From Klebsormidium nitens (Eukaryota > Plantae > Klebsormidiophyceae): a stretch of DNA of 64,000 bases. The stretch is taken from contig DF236964.1 of the NCBI GenBank assembly GCA_000708835.1, forward strand, positions 186,001 through 250,000. Direction: 5' to 3'. Of this stretch, positions 1 through 11,480 are shown piece by piece. Made by a program: the position numbers and the translations under genes. Numbering within the stretch: the stretch's first letter is position 1; each line of letters starts with the position of its first letter. The notes beneath the pieces were generated by a model, which was not told the origin of the DNA, did no database searches, and worked only from the letters and a program-made list of their open reading frames with translations.

Positions 1-488
1 ACTAATTAACGTTGCGTAAACGAGCACCGGCTTATGATCCAATGATGGCGCGGCGGCATGCATACCGTCCCAGCACGATCTGCCACGATCGAGACTGTGC
101 GGTGAGATACGGATATAGTTACAGCTACTAGGCTACAATGTCGCATTGACCCTGCAGTGCATCATTTTGTTGGCCTCTAACTGTCCGACGCTTTTAAGGA
201 CCGGACTGTCATCTTCAGTCGCTGTAGCACACGCCCCCGCCATCGCAATCGTGTCCCCTTCGAGTGATTTGTTTACGCTTTGACCTGAATCCAATCGACT
301 AGCTCAAAAAAAATATCAGACCTTTACTGACTTGCTAATTCGACTATACAATTTGTTCCATCTTTTCACATTTGAATTACGACGGTGGGAAAAATATCCC
401 TACTTTTGTAACAACACTGGTTTTGAGGATCAAGACATCAAGCTCCTCAGCTAGAGCCGTGGAGTAATACAGCCGCTCCATGCCTACC

Positions 489-3400
489 CTACGGGCACGT
501 GGTCGTCCTCGCGGCCACCGGCGTGATGTTATAATATGCGTTGCTGGTCTTATTTAGGCTAATAGCGTATGTCGCCAAGGCGTCGACCGCCGGCTGGAAC
601 TGGATCGCAACGCACCCCTTCATGACGACATTGGCGCATACTTGGCACCATTTCCCCTGGGTCGAGATTGCGTTGGGTTGCGCAAACGCCAGAAAGTCGT
701 CGAGGGAGCAGGCACCTTCGCCCGCAAGCTGCTCGGCGGTAGAACCTGCGAGAGACACAAGGCTTACGTTATTTCCGGTCGGTAGGGAGCAGACGTTATT
801 CAGATCTTGGTCTTGAAGGCGCACACTTGGCAGCATTTTTCTGGGGCCGAGATGGCGTTGGGTTGCGCAAACGCCAGAAAATCGTCGAGGGAGCCGGCGC
901 CTTCGCCCGCGAGCTGTTCGGCGATCGAGCCTGCAACTCACAAGATTACAACGTTTGAAGGTTGTAAAGACGAGTGCGTTCGAAGCCCGCACCTACAGGC
1001 GGACACCTGTCACCGTTTTTGGGTCGAGGTTTCGTCGGATTGGACTTCATCGAGGAGCACGGGCCGGCACATGCGAGATGTTCGGCGATTGCGCTTGCAA
1101 CGCGGCCAAAAAGACCGTTTCGTCTCTCCTAAGATTGAAAATGCAAGACTGGTGCGCCCAATTTCGGACGGCTTTGATTCCGGACGGGCAAACCCGAAAT
1201 TCAAGCTTGTACCAGGCCCTTTGTCATTTTGCAATTGCAAGGCGACGTTGGAAGACCTTTTTGACACCATTCGAGCTATCGACAGTATTGCAAGCCTAAC
1301 CCCTGCTCATCGTACGGGAGGGCGAGGGGGGGTTGAGAATCGGTCTTTGCGATCAGTAGAAAACAATGCTCAACTTGGAAAACATCTTGGACTCGTCCTC
1401 GAAATACTAGACCCATATCGAAGTTGACTGTATGGGTCAATTCGCAATCGCGAACGAGATGAGGTGAGTCCAAGAAATTTCGACCTCAAAAGCGGATCAT
1501 TTTCTGCCGCACCTCTCTTTTTACGCTCACCTGCGCTCGTGCACTTGATAGACACGCGCGGAGGGTCCAGTCATGCGGACGGCCTAGTTGTGGAGAGCCT
1601 TTTTTGGAGGGCTTTCACGGTTTGGATATATCGAGAATATAGCTTTTGAGGTTCTGAAGTGCTCACCCATGCACGGGAGACTAATGGGAACGTAAGGAGC
1701 GTCCACTCCGTCTTGCGTCAGCATGCGGACGGCCCACTGCATTTGGGCTTTCTTTAAAAGAGTTTTTTTTTGGGTTTAGAGATTTCAATCTTCAGGGTGT
1801 AGGGTTTAGGGTCTAGGGTCTAGGATTAGGGTTTAGGGTTTTGATGTTTGACTGCTCACCCGCGCACGGGAGACTGATGGGCACGTACGGAGTGTCCACT
1901 CCGTCTTGCGTCAGCATGCGGACGGCCCAGCTGTATCCGGACAGCGGCAGTCCGGGCGGCGACTCGGAGATGGCCGGGGGGCGGTTGCTGTGGAGCTCGA
2001 TTAGGATCTGGGCCGCATAAGTCGGTATCTCTGCGCGCAGAGGAATCTGGACTTTAGGAAAACCGTAGATAGCGAAGGAGGAAAAAGTTTGAAGGACCTA
2101 CTGAAGTGGAGTGAAGTGAATTGAATTGAACTGAAAGCAGACCTGAAGGCCGACCTATGGACCCGTTCGTTGTTTACTCAAGAGAATCGGATTGAAAACC
2201 GTTGCAGCTTGCTTAAGATCTGACGCTTTTCTTCGTTAGGCAGTCGACTGTCTAGCTGGGTCATATAACCGCAATCGATTAGTAGGGGTCTTAATCAAAT
2301 TTTGGTGAGTACCGACATCTTGTCCACGCGCAAACACTCAATCGAATTCACTTGGTATTGGAGAACGTTACCTTGGGCGGCAGACTTAGTGCCGAAAGCT
2401 ATTCCACAACTGTTTTCCTTTCGAAAAGAAGACCGGACGGATAAGGACACACAAAAGGGGACGAGAGACAAAAGACGACCTTAAAATCTGTTCATAAGTA
2501 TCCCGCTCACTCGTGTTGAAGAGTGTTGCGTTCGCTGGCACATCAAATACCAGAACCCGTTCGGTGATAAGAAAAGGGACGACGAGAGACCAGACCGGTA
2601 AGGACACAAATGAGAAGGAACAGAGAATTGACTGTCTGAAACTCGTTCAATAGTGTTTATGATTGCTGGTGCGGAAGAGTCATCTTTTGGCTGGGAGATT
2701 GGGCGCCGGAAGTCGTTCAGTCTTTCGACGAACAGATCAGACTGGTAAAGATAACAGATGAGAAAGACTGGTAATCCATTCCTGAAACCGCGTTCGTTTT
2801 AAATTCAGACACACTGGTGTTGACGAGAGTTGCGTTTGACGGGAGTTTGAGCGCCGGAAGCCGTTCGGTAATAGAAAAAGAAGAGAAGAACCGACCATAA
2901 CGATAGAGATGTCCAGGAGAAGAACCGAGTTATAAGAGTACCAAAAAAATTCTGCAAATCTATCTAGACTCACTGGTATTGAAGAGTGTTGCATTCGCCG
3001 GCAGGTTAAGCGCCGACAGGAAGCTGAGCTGCGTTGGGTAGTGTGCGCTGTACTCGATGATGCGTTCCGCTTCCGGTTGGGAGTTGATCCGCCGGGCTTG
3101 CAGCCGCACCAGAATCTCGTTCAGAAGGGTGCCGCCGAGCAGGTTTCCGGTCAGGCTGCGGCGGTACCGGTTCGCTTCGAGCCAGTTGGCGAGATCAACG
3201 ACCTGGAAGGGGGTACAAGCAGAGTTGAGCAAATTCGAAGAGCTGACACCCTTGCTTTTGAAGGCCTTAAAATACTGAGCTGAGCTCCTAAAAAGATAAG
3301 GTGAAACAACAATACAAGTCCTCGAAAAGGGCCTCTGAGCAGAGTTTCGGTCAGACTGCGGCGGTATCGGTTCGCTTCGAGCCAGTTGGCGAGATCGACG

Positions 3401-6400
3401 ACCTGGGGAGAAGACGACGGTCAAGTAAACCCAGAAAGTTGGAAACACCAGAAACTCGAAAATCCTTTGGAAGGGTGCCTCCGAGCACGTTACCGGTCAG
3501 GCTGCGGCGGTATCGGTTTGGCTCGAGCCAGTTGGCAAGATCGACAACCTGGAAATAGAAGAGAAGGGTTAAGCAAACCCAAAGATAAAGAACGGCCAGA
3601 AAAACACGTTAAAATAACAAAGGGGGCCTCGGAGCAGGTTAACGGTCAGGCTGCGGGCGATAGTGGCTTGCTTCCAGTCATATAACGAGATTGACGACCT
3701 GGGCAAAGGACACAAAAGTCAAGCAAACCCAAAAAGCTGAGACGCATAAAGCCCGTTTAGAGGTGCCTCGAAGCAGGTTTCCGGTCAGGCTGCGGCGTTA
3801 TCGGTTCACTCCGAGCTAGTTAGCAAGATCGACGATTTGGGTAAGGAGACGAGGGTTAAGGGTTAAGCAAACCCAAAGGCTGCAGGCTCAAAGAGTAACA
3901 CTGGAGAAGCTTGATGTTATGGAGAGCGGGTTACCGGTCAGGCTGCGGCGAAACCAATTCGCTTCGAGCCAGTTGGCCAAATCGACAAGTCAGGACAAAA
4001 CGACACCATACGAGAAACGCGTGCCCCCAAGCAGATTACCCTTTCAAGCTGCGGCAGTATCGGGTTCCCTATCGAGCCAGTTAGCAAGATCGACGACTGG
4101 GGAAGGACACGAAGGTTAAGAGCTAAGCAGACCCGAAGGCTGGAGACCCAAAAAGAGAGGTTCAGTCATCCCAAGCGCGGGTTAGCTGTCGGTCAAACCG
4201 GTACTGGGTTCGCTTTGGGCCGATTGGCGAGATTGGCGACCTGGGCACAGGAGACAGAGGTGAAGCTTACGATCCCTCTTTGGCCCCAGACGAGTATGCG
4301 TCTGGAGAAGGCCAAATAGGGACGATTGGGAGCCACGTGTCGGGCTTACCTGCGACCACGTCGGCTCCTGCATCGCTGACGTCAGCGGAACGCTGCTCTG
4401 CCCCGTCAGGATCGCGTCCCGCTGCGTGTTGAGATCGTCGAAGACGTTCCAGAAGTTGTTGAGCTTCGGGACGGAGCCCAGTGACGACTGCAGTGACGTC
4501 AGCAAGGGCTGGGAGGCGTTCTCCTTGGCGGCGAACTCGGCGCTCTGGAACCACTGGTTCATGGTCGCCAGGAAGAGCGGGCAGTTGTCGTAAGCGCGGA
4601 TCAGAAAGTCGTCCGCAATCGGGATGCTGTACACAATTGCAAGTTCATTCTTTTGCACTATTTCAACTGTTTAACGTGGTGGTTTGAAGGTTGAAAGGTC
4701 TGCCATTCAGAAGGTAAAGAGGCGGGGTTCATGGTCGCCAGAAAAAGCGGGCAGTTGTCGTAGGCGCCGATCAGAAAGTCGTCAGCGATCGGCATGCTGC
4801 AGACAATGGGAGCGACAAAAATGTGACTTTTGATGGTGTTTCGAGGTACGAATAAAATCCCAATTCCGACCTTCAAAAGGTGCAATCGACGCTCATAACC
4901 GCTGGTTCATGGTCGCCAAGAAAAGTGGACACTTGTCGTAGGCGCGGATCGAAATGTCGTCCGCAATCGGGATGCTGCACACAATTGCAAGGTCAATATC
5001 CCAACTTTTTGATGTTGCGGTTTGAAGAGTGAAAGGTTTGCCATTTGAAATATCATGAGGCGAGGTTCGTGTTCGCCAGGAAGAGTGGGCGCTTGTCGAA
5101 GGCGCAGATCAGAAAGTCGTCTGCGATCGGGATGCTGCACAAAGATGAAATTGTCAAAAGCTCGACTTTTCAACGTGGTGTTCTAAAGTTGAATGGTCTG
5201 CCATTCCTAAAAGATTATGAAGCGGGGAACACGCTCTGAAACCATTGCTTATGGTCGCCAGGAAGGAGCCAGCAGTTGTCGTAGGCGCGCATCGAAATAG
5301 TACTGCAGTTGGGATGCGGCATAAGAAAATGTGTCAAAATTCTGACCTTTAAGTTGACATTTTTGAAGCTCAAATACCTGCCAGGAAGAATCATGAAAAC
5401 CCCAATAACGAACACCAAGTGGGTAATTCGACGATGTGAGACCACTGATTGCTAGTCGCCAAAGGAAGCGGGCAAACTACGGGGGGCGTGAATCAGCAAG
5501 TCGTCTGCAATTGGGTTGCTGTAGATGCATAACTGTTCTTGTTGACGGCGTTCGAAACCTACCTGCAACTTTTTGAGCCTAATGGAACCCGTTCATTGAA
5601 TGTAAGAGTATCGGCCCTAATCCCGAAATTTTGCAATTCCGGACTGGTAAAGCGAAAACCTTATTTCGGACCTAATAAAGCAGTCTACCGAGCACGTTGG
5701 GACATTCACCAATTCGGATTCCGGATGGTTCGAACGCTATTCCGGACACCGTGTGTCAACTTACCGACTGAATTCTCTTATGTCCGGAATAAGGTTTTCG
5801 CTTTACCCGTCCGGAATTGCAAAATTCCGGAATTGGGGCCGATACTCTTATTGGTGCGGGATCTGGTTTAGTTTCATCGTACGTTCTATTCTCAGACTTT
5901 CACTTTTGCTTATCCCCTTCTGCATATGCCATTGAGCTTATTTTAGAGTTCCACATTCTGTCTCTAGTTTTGAAACCACTTATTCAACTTTCACCTGGCG
6001 CAAAGATGAGATGTCCAAGTTCTATTTCAGACCTCACCTGATTGAGGCTCAGACATTCTATCCGAAAGGACAGCTCAATACGGCAGAGAAAAACATTTTT
6101 CTGTCAGTCCAACGTTCTCTCAAGCCCTGACTCGCAAAAGAATTCAACCTCACCCCCTCCAGCCAAAAACTCGTGACAGCCAAACCGAAGCTCTCACCTA
6201 AAGATCGGAATGGTTTTGGCTGGCAGCGGTGTATCAGTCGCGTTCGCCGGAAAGGCTCCCTGAAGCCATCCGGCGGCGCTCGCTAGCGTCCTGTCAAACC
6301 CGGAGCTAATTGAGCGCACATTCGTCCCATCATACCTTCCCCCCGCCAGGCCGTTCACGCAGGTCTGAGTAACTTGGCATGTGGTTGGGTTAAGGTAGCG

Positions 6401-7228
6401 GTTACGGAAACCCTGCCCAACCCCAAAGGTTTGGTTCTCTCCCTGGGTGGTTAGCAGGGCGCCACCCTCGGCGAGCGTGGTTGCGTTCTTGTAAAGGACA
6501 GTCCTGTACAGTGAGGGAAGAGAGTGTTATTGTTGACGTAAAAAGTTGAAGGTTTGAGTCTCGCAGTCTTGGGCTTCATCTTCCGAGAAAAAGCCCATTT
6601 GTAGAAGGTGCCTCGATTGACTGCCCATAAAAGATGCGAATTTCGTCCTCTACGAAGGTCTCTAAAGGTGAAAGATCCATGAAAAGCGTAATGCAAACCC
6701 AAAGCAGAACTTTGGAAAACGGTGACCTGCATCTCGAGTTGGATGAGAAGTGCAAGAACACCTCAAAGAGGCACATACTTCCTGTGCCACATTTGCACCC
6801 TTTTTCCAATCTGCTCGTGTATGCAAAATACAGAGAACAATGGGGCATGCGGCCAGATCTTCTGACAAAATCTGTGTTTCAACGCCCTTGGATTACCTGC
6901 AACACTTTTGCCCAGCACAGCCAAGCTCTGATGGAATCCAAGAAACAGATCATCAAATGACTATGAGAATCCCAGTGGCAGCAAGATTCTGGCTTCCAAA
7001 AGAAACATTGATCCCAATCCCCCAGCAATCATGAATCCAAATGCAAAGAACGACAGTGTCTCCTCAGAAGCTAGTAAACTGGAATGAAGCTGGTTAACAG
7101 CTCAAAATGTCTTACCTCGCCCCGTGACGGTGGATAGTCATCGCAAGCTCCAAAGTGGCATGGCATTGGGCCGTCATCAAAGCCAGCAGCAGCACACAAA
7201 GAACTCCACAGCGAGCGAGCGCCATCAT
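489..7228 (-). CDS. Secreted histidine acid phosphatase (His_Phos_2 family), 6 exons
   Basis: Phase-consistent GT-AG exons: 7228-7116, 6503-6198, 4626-4350, 3202-2974, 2030-1860, 745-489. The spliced protein has a signal peptide (MALARCGVLCVLLLALMTAQCHA), the RHGAR catalytic motif, LTTQGE..G.GFRNRY, RSISSGFDRTLASA..WLQGAFP, IPI..DDFLIRAYDNCP, YSAHYPT (HD-motif position), IPTYAAQILIELH and CSLDDF..WCQVC. The exact 3' end is uncertain. Confidence 0.9.
640..935 (-). repeat. Duplicate of the acceptor plus first ~115 nt of phosphatase exon 6
   Basis: 822-935 is a close copy of 640-750 (GSIAEQLAGEGAGSLDDFLAFAQPNAIS vs GSTAEQLAGEGACSLDDFLAFAQPNAIS). Confidence 0.9.
1525..1745 (-). repeat. Two degenerate copies of the 3' end plus donor of phosphatase exon 5
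   Basis: 1660-1740 (gctcacccatgcacgggagactaatggg..ccgtcttgcgtcagcatgcggacggccc) and 1525-1590 copy the live junction at 1855-1930. Confidence 0.8.
1795..1842. repeat. Interstitial telomere-like tract (TTTAGGG variants)
   Basis: agggtttagggtctagggtctaggattagggtttagggtttt. Confidence 0.7.
2330..2880 (-). repeat. About 4 degenerate copies of the 3' end plus donor of phosphatase exon 4
   Basis: Variants of cactggtattgaagagtgttgcattcgccggc at ~2812, ~2640, ~2510 and ~2350. Confidence 0.7.
3330..4250 (-). repeat. About 7 degenerate copies of the acceptor plus 5' end of phosphatase exon 4
   Basis: The unit ggtcaggctgcggcggtaccggttcgcttcgagccagttggcgagatcaacgacctgg recurs ending near 3403, 3548, 3700, 3837, 3987, 4095 and 4240. 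Confidence 0.9.
4720..5525 (-). repeat. About 5 degenerate copies of the acceptor plus 5' end of phosphatase exon 3
   Basis: The unit catggtcgccaggaagagcgggcagttgtcgtaagcgcggatcagaaagtcgtccgcaatcgggatgctg recurs ending near 4797, 4976, 5135, 5310 and 5520. Confidence 0.9.
5605..5848. mobile_element. MITE, probably Tc1/mariner-type, in phosphatase intron 2
   Basis: About 68 bp imperfect terminal inverted repeats (AGAGTATCGGCCCTAATCCCGAAATTTTGCAATTCCGGACTGGTAAAGCGAAAACCTTATT... and its reverse complement ending ...GGGGCCGATACTCT), flanked by TA at 5603-5604 and 5849-5850. 244 bp, non-coding. Confidence 0.8.
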
Positions 7229-7939
7229 TACAATTGGAGGGGCAGCCTCCAAAGCAAGCCCTTTGTCAACACGACAGAATTGACATCAGCAGGTTGACCA
7301 GCAAAAAGAAATACTTTGGTGCGCAGAAAGCAAGGAGAAGATAAAGCTGACTGATTTGCTGGAATCTATGTTGCAATGCCGTGCAGTGATTGGCCCCCTG
7401 ACATCAATTGCTTCGAGCATCTCTATGTGGAACCTGCTGTCACCACGAAGAAGCTAAGCCCAACGCACGGCGTTCGAAGGTCCGTTCAGCACCCCTCAAT
7501 CTCACACTGATCATGACAATGTCACGGTCGGCTTGCAATTTGGACTCGAATCCAGCTAGCTTGTGCGGCGCGTGTGCTTGAAGAGCTCCAGGCATAGCGA
7601 TCCTGCCGTTTCTGGCATTGTCAGCGGAAGCAAGAAAACCGGTGTTCGTCACCGGGCAAGTACTTTCATTATATATAATCGCAGAGTACCATACCTAGTA
7701 GCATTAAGGGTCGTCCACCGACCAGAGTTTCGTGGTACCGGCCAATGACAGACTCGCGCGAAGAAAATGATGCCTGCCGTTTCTTTCACACAAGTTCACC
7801 TTGTCGTTGGGTCCCCTAAGATCCTGGCAGGACGCCAGCTTACAGCCGTCGATGCGTCTACTGTTGATTGTGAACGCTCGATTTGACGGTGATCTGTCAC
7901 GTGGAGTCCCAAAAGAGCACGACCCTAATCTGACTCCTC

Positions 7940-7947
7940 AAACCCTA
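7940..7947 (+). promoter_or_regulatory. Possible telo-box (AAACCCTA) upstream of the pseudouridine synthase
   Basis: Exact AAACCCTA in the divergent intergenic region. Telo-boxes are typical of plant translation and RNA-modification gene promoters, but an 8-mer can occur by chance. Confidence 0.3.
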
Positions 7948-8284
7948 GAACCCGACGTTGACCAGGCGCGTGCGCGCGCAGGCAGAAATCAACAGCTGCA
8001 TATATGGAAGGTGAGCTGTAGCTGGATAGGGAGGCGCCATTCCAGAAGCTCATCCGCATTGCCATAGGTAGTTCTCGCATCTGTTGAGGGGATTGTCGAG
8101 TTGAAACGGGAGCGCAGGAAAAGAGGAGCCCTGCTTATCAAATGCAGCGGCGTGCAGCGTGCGGCAAGCAGCAAGTGACTAAATCAATAAGGCCTGCAGC
8201 AGCAACGATGTTTGACGCCAGCGCTACTATACTCTTGATCCATTTTCTTGAACTGCCATAAGAAGTGGTGATCAGAGGCCAAAG

Positions 8285-11200
8285 ATGGCACCTGAGTTCC
8301 CCACCCCAGTCACTCCACCCCCGCCACTTTCGGCTCACTCTATTGAAGTTGAGAGAGCCAGGATCGCTGAAGAAGCAGCTCGACATTCTCCAGCAGTTAC
8401 GCAGTCGTCAATCCTGTATGAAGACGAATGGATCGTTGCTGTGAATAAGCCCGCCGGCAGGTATTGCGAGGACGTTTTGGCAGGGGTGGTGGGGCTGCTG
8501 GCGGGCCTTGGGGGGCTTTCACACCAGTCAGGGTCTGACTCTGGAAAAGCGGTGGTGGAAGCTGGTGTACGTTGTGACAGCATCTATGCAGGACGAGACG
8601 AAAGTCAGCTGACAAGAGGGGGTGTCTCATCAGATGTTGATGCATTGGTGGGGGATATTGGCCGACTGCAGGCCAACGAGGAGGTGGCAAAAGTTTTAGT
8701 TGAGAATCCTGGAGCCTCGGATGGGGATAATGATAGTTCAAGTGGGGCGGCACCGCAATATGGAGGGGCTGAAATTCCTGCGGCACGGGTCCACATCCGC
8801 CCACAAGAAGCGAAGCTGGCCAAGCAAAGCAGGCGGGAAGGGGGGGCGGCAGGAGGCAAGAATGCTGCTGAAGGTGGGCCGCTTTAACCATGAAATGGTG
8901 TCTTCATCTGAGTGGTGAATATAACAGTAAACTACTGATTCTCAGAGAATTCAAAGTCTTGCATCTGAGTAGTGGATATAACAGTAAACTACTGATTCTC
9001 AGAAGAATAAAAGGCGGACCGAAAGGCCTTGACTGGAATTTGGACCATCTGTTTCAGTCTTGTTTTGCAAGCCGGCCGGATCATGTTGCCTTCATCCGGC
9101 AGTGCCGTACCGGCGCTGACGTCAGCAGAACCGCTGAAGAATCACATACTTGACTCAAACCAGTATGTCCGACATTCGATTCGGTGTGCGCCAATCCAAA
9201 AGGGAATTCCTCAGAATCCTGTAGCTTACATTCAAGTAGACACGAAAGCCACACCTACTCGGTAGTGCGCCAAGTTTCTGTGATCAGAGTACCCAAAGTT
9301 TGAGTCAGGGGACGATCGGAGGTAGCTCACTCTGCAGGCCCTTGGGTGCGACAACCTGTGGGTGTCGTCACGAACCGTCAATTGGAGTTGACGTGCTTCG
9401 TGCTGTTTAGCGCGAGGGGGTAAAAGTGGGGAGCAGGAGAAAAGAAAGGCGTTAGACGCCCATTCATTTGTTAGTGAAAACCCGTGTCTCATCTTGGCCC
9501 ATGTAGCAACACTGGTGCAAGTTGATTTAGGCCTGGTTTGAGTTGAGTGTCTGGAGACAAGTCCCACATGCTGACAACTGTGTACACTTAGACATTAGCA
9601 GACGCTCAAAACAGCCTTCCGCATCAACATTGCAGTGCCGGGCCCGGGCATCTCAACCTTTCCCCATGTCGCCGCAGCCATGTAGGGCGGATGCTTTCTT
9701 GCAATTGGTTTCTCCATCGTTCGCATCGCCGTTTTTATGATCGCTTAATGATTTCGTTGTAGCAAGTTATCATCCAGTCAGCGTAAAGCTGATGAAGCAT
9801 CTCACTTGCAAAGGCCACTCGCAAAGGCTTGAGCTGAACGGTGTCGTACGTGAACTTCATTGCAGCTTTGGAAGCTCTTGCTTACATGGTCCACCGGCTG
9901 GATCGTGACACAAGCGGAGTTCAAATCGTGGCGAAGTCGAAGCACGCCGCAGCGGCATTCATGAAGGTAAGGGCTCGGACTGACACAGGAAGGATTTCGT
10001 TCGATGAAGGCTGGTGGACTTTCGATTTGATGCCCTCTCAAATGTAAGAGTCTGGTCACGCCCCATTTTCAATGCTTTTTCAACAAGGATGTCCAGGAAC
10101 AGAACCTCTTCAGTGGATGATTTCAGACACAGTTATTAAGTTCGTTGGTAAAAGCAGTCAGGTGCCCGTTGGAGGATTCGCAGCAGGCTGGATTTACGCG
10201 TCCTGTTTAGATTGCCAGAAGGCTACGTAATGGCAGACTCACTTCCTCCCGGCTTGTGAGCTCTTGGTCGTCCATACTCGACGAATAGAGGAGCAGAAAC
10301 CCCACCGTATGCAGAATGAAGCATCTGACGCGACTTTTATGCTCGGAAATGCAAAAGTGAACTCTTCCGGCTGGTGAGACGATTGTTGTTGTTGCAACCC
10401 TCTCTGGAGCACGACGAACAGCAGTACTCACATTCGTTCAACATCGGCCTTGCACGTCTCCAACTTTCTTGACGGTATCTTTCATAGCTCTTTGCTGACC
10501 GCCAAGTCCGCAAGACCTACCTCGCACTCGGGCATGGCACCCCCCCAGATTGGAGAGATTTCACACTGCGGACCGGACACGGACGCTCCCGCCACGGGAT
10601 GTTCCGCGTGTACGCAGAGGAGGACGTCGGGCGGAGCCTACCGGGGGCAAAAGCTGCCCGGGTGCAGTCAATGGAGACGCGGTTTGAGGTGCTCGGGACG
10701 TTTGCCCCGAGGGATAGTCACGGAAACTTCACGTCAAAATCAGAGGACGGACTGTCTCAACAATGCGTGAACCGGTGTTCAGCGGATGAGGAGGACGGGC
10801 GCAGGCTTTGCGAAGCGCGTGACAGCAAGGAAGGGTTAAGCGAAGGGGTTAGAAAGTCAGAGGAGGTGCTTCGAGGCGGTCTTGGTGAAGTTTGTTTGGA
10901 TGTACGGGAAGCCGAAAGGAGTTGCGAAGAGGCTGGTAGCAGTACAAATGGGGCGGGTCTCGGAAATGATGAGCGTTCGAATCTGGAGCTTGCTGATGAA
11001 AACGGCAGGGTGAGCACCAATTTGCCACTTGGCGAGGGCTCCGACGGGCATGTTAGTCCTCTCAGTGATGACGTCCATGGGCGAAAGTTGAATAACAATC
11101 CCTCCATCTTAAGATGCGAGCTAGGCCAACAGGACGAGACTTGTGAGGATCAGCCAAGCGCGCGACAGTTGGGACCGTCAGATGTTCTTGCGAATACCAC

Positions 11201-11480
11201 AAACCCGTCGATCTTAGCCAGAGAGTTAGAAGAAGCCCGATTCGTTCTCTTGCGGTGCCATCCGCTGACCGGCAGGACGCATCAAATTCGGCTGCACTGT
11301 CTGTTTTTGGGGCTGCCTCTGATAGGGGACGCTCGTTACGGGGGTCTGTTAGAAACGGCCGGCAAAGAGCAAGCGGCTCATTGCCTGCACGCCGAGAGTC
11401 TTGCCTTGGATCATCCGTTTCTAGGAACGCACTTAAGCATCAAAGCGCCCGGCCCATCTTGGGCTTCTGCGGCGACGTAA
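8285..11480 (+). CDS. RluA-family RNA pseudouridine synthase (plant PUS1-like)
   Basis: Exon from 8285 (ILYEDEWIVAVNKPAGRYCE; 3' boundary uncertain, ~8564), exon ~9866-9966 (VHRLDRDTSG with catalytic Asp), exon 10488-11480 (KTYLAL, TGRTHQIRLH, PLIGDARYGG, HCLHAESLALDHP). An upstream transit-peptide exon may be missing. Confidence 0.9.
8900..9010. repeat. ~58 bp tandem duplication in pseudouridine synthase intron
   Basis: catctgagtggtgaatataacagtaaactactgattctcagagaa followed by catctgagtagtggatataacagtaaactactgattctcagaagaa. Confidence 0.85.

Noticed and set aside
807-1427. 206 aa plus-strand ORF (and 541-816)
   Set aside because: Antisense to the phosphatase exon 6 and its echo, running on into intron or TE-like sequence. 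No coherent protein features.
3330-5525. Repeat-spacer-like arrays resembling CRISPR
   Set aside because: Repeats are degenerate copies of the adjacent exon ends inside introns of a eukaryotic gene. Spacers are partly homologous and there are no cas genes.
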